A stretch of 63,575 nt of DNA, filler included, from Diploschistes diacapsis (GCA_023645945.1; 22 parts of 22 records of this genome joined end to end with filler, not necessarily neighbours in it); one strand, 5' to 3'; shown: positions 1 through 12,857, counted from the whole stretch's first letter. Made by a program: numbers and translations. Notes: generated from the sequence alone by a model not told the origin.

Positions 1-57
1 CGAGTGGAGGGCCCGGCTGTGCTGGAGGGGGGTGAGAGAGAGCCGAGGAGGGCGCAT
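1..57 (-). CDS. 5' end of a gene running off the contig edge; peptide MRPPRLSLTPLQHSRALHS resembles a mitochondrial presequence
   Basis: ATG at 57-55 with an A-rich leader (AAAAGAACAAAACG-ATG); R/S/L-rich, no acidic residues; divergent from PTH2. Confidence 0.4.
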   Translation of the reverse strand, partial: MRPPRLSLTPLQHSRALHS

Positions 58-510
58 CGTTTTGTTCTTTTTTTTTTTCTTTGGCTGCTTGGGGTGGTTG
101 ATGGTTGCTGGATGAAGGCCCGTGTAGCTGACAGGTTCAAAGTTGTAGGCCGGTGCTTTCCGAGAGAGAGAGAGACGCTGTTGCCGGGTGGAGTGCTGGA
201 TGCGGGCGGTGTTAGTTTTTCAGCCGAGAGTTGTCTTGTGCTATGTGTTTATTTAGAGAGTGATTAAGGTGTCGAGATATTGACGCTTCGATGGAAGAGC
301 TCCTACAGCTTGTCAAGCAAGAAAACAAATTCCGTATCTCAGCCCTACGATGATGATCCCTGCAGGACTCAATGCGGAAAATCGCCAGAAGGAAATATCA
401 ATCGTTCCGAGCCCAAACTTTGTTACAGAGCTGAATACACATCTACCGTTTACCGTCTGAAGATCACCTGTTTACTTTTCTCACCTTCGTCCCTCCTCAC
501 AACCTCCAGA

Positions 511-1284
511 ATGGCAGACACACCCACTCACCCCTCCACCCTCGCCATCGTCACCGCAACCGCCATCCTAGCCGCGACGGCAGGCTACATGTTCGCCATC
601 GGCTCCTCTTTAGGCCTCTTCCGCAGCTCAAGCTCCTCCAGTAAAACAAAGCAGGCCAAGAAGAGCTGGCCGAACAGCTACGACGTGCAGATACACCCGG
701 ACAGCTCCGACGAGGAGCTCGTGGAGAGCTTGAAGGAGGAAAAGGAAGAGGAAGTAGAAGAGGAGAGCGAGTCTGCGGACGACATAGGCGAGCTGGGCAA
801 CTTTGAGGGATCGAGCGAGGAGTTCAAGATGATGTTTGTGGTGCGGACGGATTTAGGCATGACGAAAGGTATGCCATGGCTCTTGTTCTCTCTGCTGGGG
901 GTGTCTATGAGCTTGTTTTTGCTCAGCGCGCAACTGTATTGCGCTTGGGATTTTGCTAATGTTTCCTCTGCTACAGGCAAGATCGCCGCACAATGTTCTC
1001 ACGCTGCTCTCGCTTGTTATAGACACCTTGTTGCGAATGCGCCGAAATCGCCGAATATTAAGAGGTGGCAGTCGCGTGGGGAAGCCATGGTCGCCGTACA
1101 GTGTAAATCGGAAGATGAGCTTCTAGAGCTTCAGGCTAGAGCTTTGAGCCTCGGTTTGTGCGCAAGGGTGATACACGATGCGGGTCGGACACAGATAGTA
1201 GCAGGAAGTGCAACGGTACTCGGGGTAGGGCCTGGACCAAAGAGTGTTGTGGACCAGGTCACTGGGGGTTTGAAGCTGTTATGA
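511..1284 (+). CDS. PTH2: Peptidyl-tRNA hydrolase 2 (PTH2 family), N-terminal TM anchor; intron 869-976
   Basis: Motifs KMMFVVRTDLGMTKGKIAAQCSHA and IHDAGRTQIVAGSATVLGVGPGP; intron GTATGC...GCTAAT...CAG restores MTK-GKI. Confidence 0.93.
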   Translation: MADTPTHPSTLAIVTATAILAATAGYMFAIGSSLGLFRSSSSSSKTKQAKKSWPNSYDVQIHPDSSDEELVESLKEEKEEEVEEESESADDIGELGNFEGSSEEFKMMFVVRTDLGMTKGMPWLLFSLLGVSMSLFLLSAQLYCAWDFANVSSATGKIAAQCSHAALACYRHLVANAPKSPNIKRWQSRGEAMVAVQCKSEDELLELQARALSLGLCARVIHDAGRTQIVAGSATVLGVGPGPKSVVDQVTGGLKLL

Positions 1285-1430
1285 TAGCAATGCAAGGGGG
1301 GTTCTTCCCAATTAAGGGCCACGTTACTTGACTTGATCCATGAACAGGTGTAAAGATATGAATGCTAGTCAATGGCTCGATAAAATACCTAGACTCCATG
1401 CTGTAGTATACAAACCCCAATTAATGCACG

Positions 1431-2276
1431 CTAACGGAATTTGCTGTAGATAATTGCGAAAATCAGGAGAACCAAAACAGTGATGATAGCAACGGTGATT
1501 ATCCGGTTCGTAGCCATTCTATCCAGATCAGCTCCTATTCTTGTAGAAAATCAGGAGGGGAGGAAAAGCTATTACCTACGACCCATTGTCCTCAATGTCT
1601 TTACGCTGCGGTCGACATAACCCTCGCTTTCGAGTAGCCTTGACCTTGTGTTCATTATCTGCTCTCTCTGCGTGTTCAGATCCGCGAGAGTGGTGCGCCC
1701 GATCTCTTCAGTTTCATTCGCAACTCGCTGAGACTGGATATTGCAATCAGCACCGACGATAAAGGAGAAAAGAAAGGATCCACTGACTTCTCGCAATCTC
1801 TGTGAGCTGCGGTCCAATCGATCTGTGCCGGATAATAACTGTTGTCGCTGTTCGTTTTGCTCATCAATGTTGGGATCATCTTTGTAGCGGTTGCCGAAGA
1901 GAGCTTTCTTGTCTGATGATAGTTCCTTAAGTTGGCGCTTCAAGCTATCGATATCGCTCTCGAAGTTACGAACTCGCTGATTAGCGCGGGATCGACTAGC
2001 TGATGGAATATTCTGTTTCTCGATGCGCATTTGGCCGAGCTAACAGGCCTTTGCGTTAGCATGTCCATGCCTACCCAGTCTGCAGAACAGCCTTACTAAT
2101 TCATCTGCCTCCTCTAGCGAGTTCTGCGCTTCCCTCAAAGCAGTTTTGCGAGGCTCGCCTGCTAGATCCGAGATCTGATCTAACTTCTGGTTCAGATCGG
2201 CCTGGACTAGCTTGATTTCGGCTTCATAACTAGAGAACAACTCCGAGCCAATGTCTGTATCCAGAGGGTTCGACAT
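1431..2276 (-). CDS. VTI1: Vesicle transport v-SNARE Vti1, 4 exons
   Basis: N-terminus MSNPLDTDIGSELFSSYEAE; SNARE coil QRQQLLSGTDRLDRSSQRL...NETEEIG...LNTQREQI; C-terminal TM MATNRIITVAIITVLVLLIFAIIYSKFR*; first intron 2096-2040 GTAAGG..TAG plus two further GT-AG introns. Confidence 0.93.
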
Positions 2277-2858
2277 GATTTATAGTGATGGTCAATCCTC
2301 GAAGTAGTTTGCCGCCTGGTTGCCGGTAAACGTCACGAAAGGCCCCCAGTAGGCTTGTAGAGCAGGCGTTTCGTTAAATGAGTAGTGAGAGAGTATGACT
2401 GATGTGAGATTCCAGTTGACTATACGTTTCGCTGAGATGCGCTCTGTGGATGAAGCGGGAGGTTCGACAATGGCCACTCATGCCAACCTCGTAGAACTCC
2501 GTTGGCTGCGGCCCGAACTTGTCTAAACCCCGTCAATCACGTGGCGTCATGCATTTCAGATACAACTTGTTCTTCATATCTTCCCCAGTAGATATTTCCT
2601 ATCTATTCAAAAACCCATATAGCGCAGCGATTTCTAGTTTCCCATCTTAGCGTCTAAGCTTGTTGTTCTTTATAGAATGCGAACATGATCTGAATACAAA
2701 GCATCAACTTCCTTTCCTTACGCTTGGTAGATGGACTTGAGGAAATCAGCATTGCTTAAGTACTTATTTCGCTTTATTACTTGGTATCATTACAATCTAA
2801 GTTGCTGTGAACAAAGAGACTCATTAAAAGTTTAAGAAGTGGAACTGGTGAGAATAAA

Positions 2859-4485
2859 ATGCAGAATCGAAAAAAGGTTGCAATTGTCGGGAGTGGTTGT
2901 GCTGGCATAGGGGCACTATGGGCCTTGAAGAGCACAGAGCATGAGGTCCACCTGTTTGAAGCCGATAATCGCCTTGGAGGGCACACAAATACTGTGGTCT
3001 TTGAGCATGAAGGAAGGGCGACGAATGTAGATACAGGCTTCTTCGTCATTAATACTGCTACGTACCGTTTGGCATCTCTATCCTATGCTTGACGAAGTGG
3101 CTTACCTTCCTTAGCCAATTTCATAGCCTTCTTGAAGAAGCTCGGTATAAATCCAGTAGAGACAGTAATGACATTCGGAGTATCGAGAGACCAGGGAGCT
3201 TTTGAATGGGCAGGCACCAATCTCCCGTCCCTCTTTGCCCAACGTTCGAATCTCTTCCAGCCTAGGTTCTGGCGGATGCTGCTCGATATCATCCGCTTCA
3301 ATCTTCAGGCACCAAATCTGCTAGTCAGCGAAGAAGAGAGTGAGACTAGTCCTACAGAAAGGAGATCGCCTGCGAAGACGCCGAAGCAGGATCATGAGAC
3401 GATCGGCGAATATCTCCAACGGGGCGGATACTCGGACGAGTTCAGAGATAATTATCTTATTCCAATGACAGCCGCAGTATGGAGCACTGAGCCCAATAAA
3501 GCTGCCTTGGCCTTTCCTGCGGTGACCCTGGTTCGCTTCATGTGGAACCACCACTTACTGTCAACCGTTGCAACTCGGCCGCCGTGGATGACGATCAAGG
3601 AGGGCTCAAAACTTTACATTGACGCCGTGCTCAAGAGCCATCCGGAGGCAAATATACACATGTCTTCTCCCGTAGAAACATTGGCGGTGAAGCCAGATGG
3701 CAAAATCCTTCTCCAATTCAAGATGGACAGCCAGGAACAGGTGCAAGAGTTCGACCACGTAATACTCGCCTCTCACGGCGACCAAGCCATGAAGATCATG
3801 GATCTCTCCGCCACCAACGAGGAAAGGTCCATTCTCTCCGCCTTTGAAACGACAAAGAACACCGCCATTCTTCACTCCGACATTAGCGTAAGCCCTCAAC
3901 CTTCCCCCACACACATGGCATGCCTAACCCCTCACCCAGTTCATGCCCAAACGCCGCACCGCCTGGTCTGCCTGGAATATCCTCGCTACCTCCGACAAGA
4001 CCGTCTCCGCCGTCTCCCTAACCTACTGGATGAACATCCTCCAGCACATCCCCATGGCCGACTTCGGCCCCGTCCTTGTCACCCTGAACCCCCAGTTCCC
4101 GCCCGATCCGAAACGGGTCCAGGGCACTTGGATCTACGAGCACCCGCTGTACAACTCGGCCGCCATCCACGCACAGTCGCTTTTGCCTCGCATACAGAAC
4201 ACGCGGGGCATCAGCTACGCCGGTGCGTGGACGAAGTACGGCTTCCACGAGGACGGGTTCTCGAGCGGGATCAAGGTGGCGATGGATCATCTGGGGGCGA
4301 AGCTGCCCTTCGACTTTGTGGACAGCACCTTTTCGAGGGGGAAGAAGCCGATTCTGGGGTTGCGGCACCAGCTGGCTTTGGTGGTGGTGTTGCTGCTCGA
4401 GCTGGCGGTTGTGTGGGTGACGTTTCCCATCAGGTTTGTGCTGCTGTTTCTGGGTCTGAGGAAGCCAAAGGCGAAAGTGCAATAA
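2859..4485 (+). CDS. FAD/NAD(P)-binding oxidoreductase (amine-oxidase-like, COG2907-type); introns 3067-3114 and 3888-3939
   Basis: Rossmann motif VAIVGSGCAG..FEADNRLGGHTNT..VDTGF; C-terminal YEHPLY...YAGAWTKYGFHEDGFSSG; splicing joins three ORF-track pieces in frame. Confidence 0.88.
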
Positions 4486-5237
4486 CGCTTATGCGGGAGA
4501 GACTTTATGATATGGAAGAAAGGACGGGTACAGGGGCCCTTGATTGCACTGCTACATTTTCGCTCCAAAGCCCAGCAATGCCTCCCTTTCTGGATATAAC
4601 CATTGTCATGTATTTTAGTTGTGCTGAGGATGCTTCGTGCTTGCCATTAGCCGCTAGACGACTGGCTCGACCCTCTCGTTCAGCCAATAGAGCACGTTTA
4701 TATTTACATTCTGCGCACATTGATCTATGTAAGTATTCCTTTATATACAGCTTCGACAATGGGGCATCCCTACCTCTCGCGATTTTGATTGAAAAGCACC
4801 TCCTCAGAATCAAGGGGGACCAACTTCTTTCATACCAAATGCCTTCAAATTCAACTACGGCCGCATGTCCTCCTATTGAAGGCAATCAAGAGTCCTACAA
4901 ATCAACCTGATGTTCGACTTTTCAATCCATAGAGGAGGGCTTCAAGACAATGTTTTATCGGCTTAGGGTTACTATCATGCGTCTGCTACTCCATCACTGT
5001 CTCGTGCCTTTCCATCCGATAGTGAAGGCCAGCGCTATACTGCGTTATATAAGTTCAGTATAGCAAGCGCATCAGATTATCAACCTCACGCCCAAAAAAT
5101 TTGGGGGTGTGGGGGGGGCGGTTGCTTTGAGTGATGGCCTTCACCGCCAGAAAGATGTTGGGAAGTGCTCTGGATAACCACCATTACAGCCAAAGAGGCA
5201 GTGGGAAGTGCTCCGACCCTAGGTATTATACGATAAT

Positions 5238-8200
5238 CTAGCCTTGGGCATCCCTTCGGTCCTGTGAGCGCATCCGCATAGCCGAAAGCCTTTCAGCCAA
5301 AGAGCCCGAGCTTCTTACCCTCGGGGCTAGTGATGGCCTCTTACGGCTTCCATACATCGTCGGCGGCAGTCCCGTTGGGCCAGAATCCTGCTTCTCCAAG
5401 CCGCGTTTCACAAGCGCCACCTTCGTCTCGTTGCGCAAAAACGATGTCTCCGTTCGGCATTAGCGATATCAGGAGCGCTGTGGGACTCGTGAGCCAATCC
5501 GCTGGGAAAAAGAAATGTCGCTCGATTGAGCCCACTGGATCGATTGGTGGAGTCCTGTCGTGAGAGAGCTCGACGGAACAGACCCAGCCGTCTTGTTGTA
5601 GGGAAACAAGGTGGGAAGATAGCGTACCGATGATGCACTCTATCTTATCGGCTAGGGCCCGGTAATGCGGAATAGGTGCGGCGGCGGTCCTGGCGGGTGT
5701 AAAATCCGACGCGTCGAAAAGAAACAGCCGCGAGCCGCGAGAGCGGGAGGTCAGGGATTCGGCATAGGTAGTGGCAAGGAAAGAAAAGGAGGGGGACTGA
5801 TAATGGACAATGTTGCTTATAGCGAGCTTAGGAATAATAGAGGCGGTTATTTGGATGCCGGCCTTTGGGGTAAGGCGCGAAAGATCATCCCGGGTGAATA
5901 TATGCGCAATGCGGTCCATCATTAGAATAAGCTGGTTGGAAGATATCGGATGGTTGGTCCAACGGAAGCGGCGTCGGTCAGGCCATAAGTGTGATGTGGG
6001 TTCTTCCATGCCTTCCTCTTGAAAATCGTAGAGTATATCTTGGTCTTGCGAGGAGACGAGCATCTGGCTTGCGTCCTGCTTTAAGAGAATTTGCCTAGCC
6101 TGAATTTTGGGTTGGTGAGAGAAAAGCTTAAGCATCGTGCGCTGTCCTTCAAAGAAAGGCATCTTGTAAATGTCTAGGTTGTTGTTATCATTCACGCTCA
6201 CGATAGTGCCAGCTTCCGAATTCCCAATTAAAGACAGGATCGGCACGTCATCAGGCCCGTTAATTGCATTTCCTTGACGAGTACCAGTTTTACCGTCATA
6301 TAGATATATAGAACCATCGGACTTTCCACATATCACCCAGCCATATTGTTGGAGGAAAAGTAACGCTGAGATCTGTGTGAAATCTTCGATGTTCCCAATA
6401 TCAACGTCTTCCGGCGTTGTTGTCAGTGATATGGTATCACTATTCAGATCATGCGTGGAAGTGTCCTGTTGCATTGAAACCAATACTGGAGGGCCCCAGA
6501 CACGCGCAGAGCGCCCTCGAATATCGATCAATCTGCAGCTGTCGGCGCTGAAGGCTAATGACCGAATGGCAAATCCTCCAGATGATATACGGTAAAGGAG
6601 CTGTAGAGTATCAAATTCGTATAGCATGATTAACCCCGCAGAGTTACCACATGCCAAAGTTACTCCATCGGGAGAAGATGTTAAGAAGTGGGCGTTGACA
6701 GTGGAGCGTGCGCGTACCACATTCGAGAAAAAGTCATATATGAGCAGCTCCCCGTCAGTATAAGAAGCAGCGAGTAAGCCTGACTCCGCCGAATGATTCA
6801 TGACCATATCGAACAAGAATGTCTGGCCAGTATGTCTGGTAGCATAGGGCCCACGCGATCCAACGTCCTGGCCTAGGATATCCACGATTTCCTCGTTTTC
6901 GATATCCCAGACAATGATATCCTCGCCACGATAGCTTACCCCAACCAAACTTCCACCAGTCGAAAAACCGATCTTCAATGGCTGTTGCTCGTTACGTAAA
7001 GAACCTTCATGCAAGGTCGTCAGCCAGGTGGGAAGCTCTCCACATGTGCCCCTGGTTAAAACCCAGAATAGAAGAGCATTGTTCCTCAAAGCCACCAATA
7101 TGAAGCGGTCCTCGTCCAGAAAGGAAATATCCATACAACGATCTTCAAGTCCGAAGCTCCAAAGCCGTCTCCAGGCGGCAGTGTCCCAGACACGAATGGA
7201 TTTGAAGGAAACTGACACAAGAGTCTGACCGGTTTCTCCAACTTTCAACATCTTGATTGCCTCACCATGAGAGGGAGCTTGTAGCTCCTGGCAAGTGAGT
7301 GCATCATAAACTCGCACATCACCATTTGTAAAACCCACAACAACTGGGACTTCGACGACGCAAGTGCCGAGGGATATCCAGTTTGATATAGCATTACAGA
7401 TAGGCAATCATCCCAAGTCTTACTACTTAGGCCCTCGATGTGAAGTGCACGATCCGAAGATCCAAACTGTTTTTTCAAAGCGCTTTCTAAAGGGCAGAAA
7501 GGAGGGATGAGGCTGTATATAGACCATGAAGAAGCTAACAGGTGGCGTCCAAAGTTTGTGACCAAGCGTTCGAGGTCCGTACCCCATGCTTCAAGAAGCG
7601 CATATTCTCCTTTAAGCGCTAGGTAACCATGTTTCTGCCTTCTACGGAGGAATGATAGTATAGCTTTGCCCGTTTGCGTGAGCTTGTTTAGATTGGAACT
7701 TTGTGCAAGAAATTCAATCCAAGAGAGAACATTATTGGAGCCGAGAAAGCTAGTCAAAACAGCCAAGAACTCATCACTTTCGGAGGAAACGAAGTTGATA
7801 TGGTCAGCGAGGGAGGTGCAAGCATAGTTAACGAAGGGAGACCGGTCTCGTGAGCCGTGGCGAATGCTTAGTCTTCGTTTAGCAGGGGCCACCATTTCTG
7901 GGCCGGAAAGGAATTTCAAGCAAACTCTTGCCAGCCTTGCATGGATATGTTTCTTGGTCATTGCAAAGTACGAATCATTCCGTGTAGAAAGCAAGAACTC
8001 ATGCGCAGTTAGGTGTATCATTTTGGCATAAAATTATTGTCGAGATGTATCAGCTGACCGCAATTTGAAGAGATCACTCATTCAATGCTGCCTATTCGGT
8101 CGTCGATGTCCAATTGAATAGCCTCTTGAAGCTCTTTCGTATGCATTGGTCGTATAGAGCATGCTACCCAGGCCAGAAGTGCTTGAGTTAGTTCTCTACC

Positions 8201-9942
8201 GTACTGAAGAGCAGACATGTTCCGTAGAATCCGCATGTAGAGCTCGTCCATATCCGTAGGAACTTCCTGCAGGACTCTTTGGACTTCTGTGGCAGTGTGC
8301 ACCCGCCGTAGCTCATTAACTACCAGACGAACCCATAGGAAACATCCATTTGATTTGCTGACCACTGCATCGATTATGGATTCCCTTGCAGCGTGCCTGT
8401 CTTGGTCTAGGTCAGGAAGACTGCTTGTCTTACTTTCAACAAAAAGACGAATGTCAGCGGTTGTACTTTCCAGGGGTATGGTATGTGCCTGAATTTTGAG
8501 GCGTGAGGTTACTTCATAATACCCAAAATCATTGCGAGTCGTCACAAGGACGCGCAAAGCTTGGAAGTCGACTGCCTTCAGCAGCAAAGGCACAAGCTCG
8601 GTGTCCCCTAAGCACTCGTCAAGCGCGTCAACAACGAGGTAAAGGCGATTCGGGAAATTGATGCAGAAGATGCCTTCAATGAACAGCTTGCGCCATACAG
8701 TACGGTAGTCAGCTCTGGATAGATTTGTTTCCCTTTGGCAAATCTGGAGCAATACTTCGAAAACACGGTTATTCTGGACGGCTATCTGCCATGCGATCGA
8801 CCTTAAAAAATTGCCGACTCCCAATCTGGGCCTGTCACCGTAAACGAAGAAGTAGATGGCACAATCAAGACCAAGTTGCCGGAGATGTGTGATAACAAAG
8901 CTCGAAGTAACTGACTTTCCAGTCCCCGGTTTCGCTTGAAGCCAAAACAACCGAGTATTCGGAGAGTCCTTCCAGTGACTGAAACCCACATCATTGGAAA
9001 TCCATTGGCATGATCCTGGTATCCTCTCAGAATCAATTCTTTGATAGTCATCTTCGTAGGAATCGTCAACCTCTAAGTACTGCCTTATCCATAGGCGCTG
9101 GGCATCACTCGACTCTTGTCGCGCCAGTGGACGTGCGGTTCGCATTTCGTTTAGCGTTGCTGCTAGCGAATTTTTGATTGAAAGATAATTTGGATCATTC
9201 ATATTCTCGAATTTACAATATTCATGGCATTCGTTTCGTAGAAAGAATAGAGCTGTAACTCCTGGCAGTGATGCGGAAACTCGTCGTTAATCGACTGCAT
9301 GGTTGCCGAATTGGGCTGTAACTCATTTACAAAAGGCCGGGCATGACCGGGGACTGCAACTGAAAGGATTTTTGATAGTAATTCGGCCATATTCGAGCCC
9401 CTATGGGGAGTCGCTAGGAAAATCATAGCTCGCACTCGGTCCCGTATGCCTTTGTATTCGGAAAGTTGCTTTGATAGTATATATGCTCTTTTGGCCACAA
9501 GACCGCCAAGACTATGGCAAATGAATATGATAGGGGTTTCTTCGTTTCTTGGGATTGTCGGGCAATCCTTTAAAGAGAACAGAAGGGATTTTGCAAAGTC
9601 ATGAATGTTGAGAATGCTCTCCTTGCCCCAGTTGGCATTATATCCGCAGGTATGTACACGCACGTCTCGGAAGTTTGGATCCTGGGGTAGCCATTCTTGC
9701 GGCCAGAACAGATTTGGGTCTTCATTCTTCGACCAAGTCTTTCTAGAGCCGCCGCCCAAGCCATGGACAAAGACCAAGTCACCTGAAGCGTTCCCAACAG
9801 GCTGGAAGACCGTTGTTAGGCCCGGCGGTCCCTTAGTGGCATAGTCAGGAGGAGAGGAGGCGTGACGAAACTTTACATTGCGTAAAATAGATGAGCGACC
9901 AGCATGAGCCCCGGAATCCCGTCGTTCAGGTTGCCGCTCCAT
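5238..9942 (-). pseudogene. Fungal NLR-type gene: alpha/beta-hydrolase (SesB/PGAP1-like) - NACHT - WD40; disrupted
   Basis: LVFVHGLGG, CHSLGG nucleophile elbow, FLATPHRGS; Walker A AKPGTGKS, Walker B LVVDALDEC, SNGCFLWV; WD-like repeats. Frameshifts near 9218, 8031, 7342 and 5421 and an in-frame TGA at 8078-8080, with no usable intron signals at these junctions. Confidence 0.85.
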
Positions 9943-11199
9943 GGACGAGACAAATGTGGACCGTGGATGCCGTGGACGACCATTTTTAACGGGTATATGC
10001 CATCCTCATTGTGTTGGTGAGGTAGGGGCAAGCCTTGGTATGATATCTATTCGATGGAACAGGTGGTTTCTGAAAAGCTATTGACAGTTGTACGGAGCAT
10101 GTTGCACCCTTGCGCCTTTCTGCAGTTGTCCTGAAGATGAGATGCGACTCAACACTTCGAGATCCATTTGCCTTGAGTACACTATTTCTTGCAGACACCA
10201 AGTCACTGTAATCAGTTGAAGTGAAGTGATAATAACCGTTGATCCGCGGGGCTTGAACCCATAAGTAGGATGAACTTTCAATTAATATTTCTTGTCAAAC
10301 ACAGTCGAGGTATGATCTTTCTGTGTATAAACAAGTAGATATACTTAAATACCTTAAATTGTTTGTAAACCTGCCTTTCGTCGACACCTCCGCTCGTGCC
10401 GGTATAGCAGAATTTGTGTAACCCCCAATGCACCTTGAGCAGAACGTACGGACCAAAGTAGGAAAGATCGTGCAACACCTAATTCATATTCATAATGTTC
10501 GCTGAACAGGAGTGACGCGAATCTTGTTGCCAGTACAATTCGTTTCTTCATCAGATTCCCACCAAGAGTCGATAGTCTGATTGTCATAAACGCCTTCCTC
10601 CAGGATCGAGCAATAACAGTTTTGTTTGCGGTAACTCTGCATATTGGGACGAAGACAGCGTCATTCAAAACAATTGTGGCGAATGGTATGCATAAAGCCA
10701 TTTTCTTGAAGGTATGTTCAGGAGGTTAGTGAATAAGTTGCCAGCTGAAGCTCTCTAGATCACCCAGTCAGTCACATATGGGAAGGAGCAAATCACGTGG
10801 AGAGTAGGAGTCTATGATTGCTGTTGACACATTCATTTTTACCTCGAGGACTTCGTCGATATAATAAATGAAGTTCCTGGTCCGCATTGCCTGAGCCCTG
10901 AGGTAGTGGGAATGCACCAGGAATTTACTTCTTTTAATGGCAAATTTGGATTTAGTGTACGAACGAATATAGGAGCCATAGATCAGCCCAATGGCTGGAA
11001 TGACCCGTGAGGAGTCTTCTTCGCCCAGATTCTTGCAGCACTGATTTGACGGGGAGCAAAGGCATACAGGTTACAACGAAAGAGATGCATCTTCTGTTCG
11101 CAGACGCCAATAACAAAGTGGTTCTTCGCCTCTTGCGACCTCTGGAGATGGGTGGGAGCAACGTTCAACCCTGTCTTATATGCATGGGGACTTGTGGGA

Positions 11200-12243
11200 C
11201 GACGATACTTCAGTGGAAGCCCGAACAGACGAGCCGGTTGTCTTGATATGAGCTCCAGTTATGCACGCAATGAGTGTAAGTGCTGGGGCACACTTCGTAT
11301 TGGTAATAGAGCTAATACGCAACCGTAGTTGAACTTGGTCCCTGGTAAAGGCCTGAGCGAAAAAACCCCTCGATTTCTCTTCCCTTGCGCAAGTCATATC
11401 TGAGGTGGCGGCCGTAAAAGCCTCAACGCCCCAAAGGCCGTTCGACTTCTCGAATTTATTGGAGAGTAGAATGGAAACTTATTCGAGCACTTGTCGCCTG
11501 GTTCTCTGAAGATGACAGTGGAAGGCCACGTGCAGACTTATGCAGATATCTAAACCATGTTCTCCTTATGGTTCCAGAATATCATTTGGGCATTGAATTT
11601 CTTAAACTTAGAGGCCTCAAATAGGAGGACAGCGTTCAGTTACGTACTTGATACCCATATATCGAAAGCTGATACAGGCGTCTGTAGTGTCGATGGACTG
11701 CAAGAGAACGGACAGTGTGGCGACGAACCACGCGTGCACCACGAAGAATACTTGGCCTTTGCTATCATCGAGGACACGGAGTTGCTGGCCGTGTCTATGG
11801 ACGATTTGGTAGATCGCGGATTTCTCGACCCTTTCGCGGCATACCCACCATCATGCACTTTAGGATTCGTTGCTGGGCCTGAGTTGAACGGTGAGATTGA
11901 CGAGCAGCTCATCGGTCAGATAAAACACCTAGCAAATGCGTTCGGGCAGAGGCTCACGCCAATGATGGCGGTGACCTTCATTGAAACCTTGCCGGTAGCC
12001 GATAACCTATATAATGACGAAGATAGGCGCATACCCTCCAAGGTTAGCAAGCTGAATGATTTGTTATGGCCAATGGCTGTCCCGCGAGATACTATCCACG
12101 ACAGCGTGCAAGAACTCCGTCTTCTAGAAGTAGAAGAATTTCCTAATGGCCGGACAGCCAAGAGAAGGCTCAGACTGAGTATCATTCTTGCAAAGGAGAC
12201 AAACACATACACTGAAGCTCCAAAGGGCAGAGTTCAAAAATAA
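11200..12243 (+). pseudogene. Decayed gene of unknown family with one intact intron (11276-11328); 5' boundary uncertain
   Basis: GTAAGT...GCTAAT...TAG intron; the exon from 11329 is in frame with ORF 11557-12243 but has TGA, TAG and TAA stops before it. Confidence 0.55.
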
Positions 12244-12857
12244 GAGAGAGGAGCTTAAGAACCTACGAACGAGACTCTAGCTAGCAACTGCCTTCGCTGG
12301 GTATGAACATCCGTGTTCGGTGCTTGTACACACACCACAGTAGTGGTGTTGGCTGTAAGATTGTCAAGGTTGGCTTGCAGTGGAGCCCTTCAAAGAACCA
12401 ACCTATTTGATCAACTCGTCAAGCGAAATACGAGACAGCGTATTCTCATTACACAGAGTGCTCCGAACTGATTGGAGATGGAGACATGTTCAACCGGCGT
12501 ACATCAATCAAAAATGCAGAACAAAATGTCGTCGCGAAAAACAGCTTTCTAATGCGTTAAATGAAAACGATCCTTGGCAGGGGTGAACAGCCGAGCCGAA
12601 GTTAGACCGAAGTCACTTTACAATTCAGTACGCAAACTAATAACTGTAAAAGTTATTCTTCTACGGTCCTTTTCGATCTGTGAAATAAGCTATACTCTCG
12701 AGTGTTGAAAACTCTACATCGCAAGAGGCCCATCCAACAGCAGTGCATATACAGCGAGGCCACTTCTTGTGAAGATAGGTATGCGAGACCAGCAATTGAG
12801 AGATAAAATTGCGCTAGGGTCTCCTTAACTGTCATAAATGATATGATCCTGGTTGGA

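Noticed and set aside
280..510. N-terminal extension of PTH2 in the ORF track
   Set aside because: Starts at TTG; the first ATG at 511 precedes the expected TM anchor
3132..4910. 592-aa ORF as a single long protein
   Set aside because: Read-through of intron 3888-3939 into a wrong frame; the conserved C-terminus is in the 3943-4485 frame
7245..9202. Programmed frameshifting or introns explaining the split NLR
   Set aside because: No intron-sized GT-branch-AG segments or slippery-site structures at the junctions, and lesions are of mixed type
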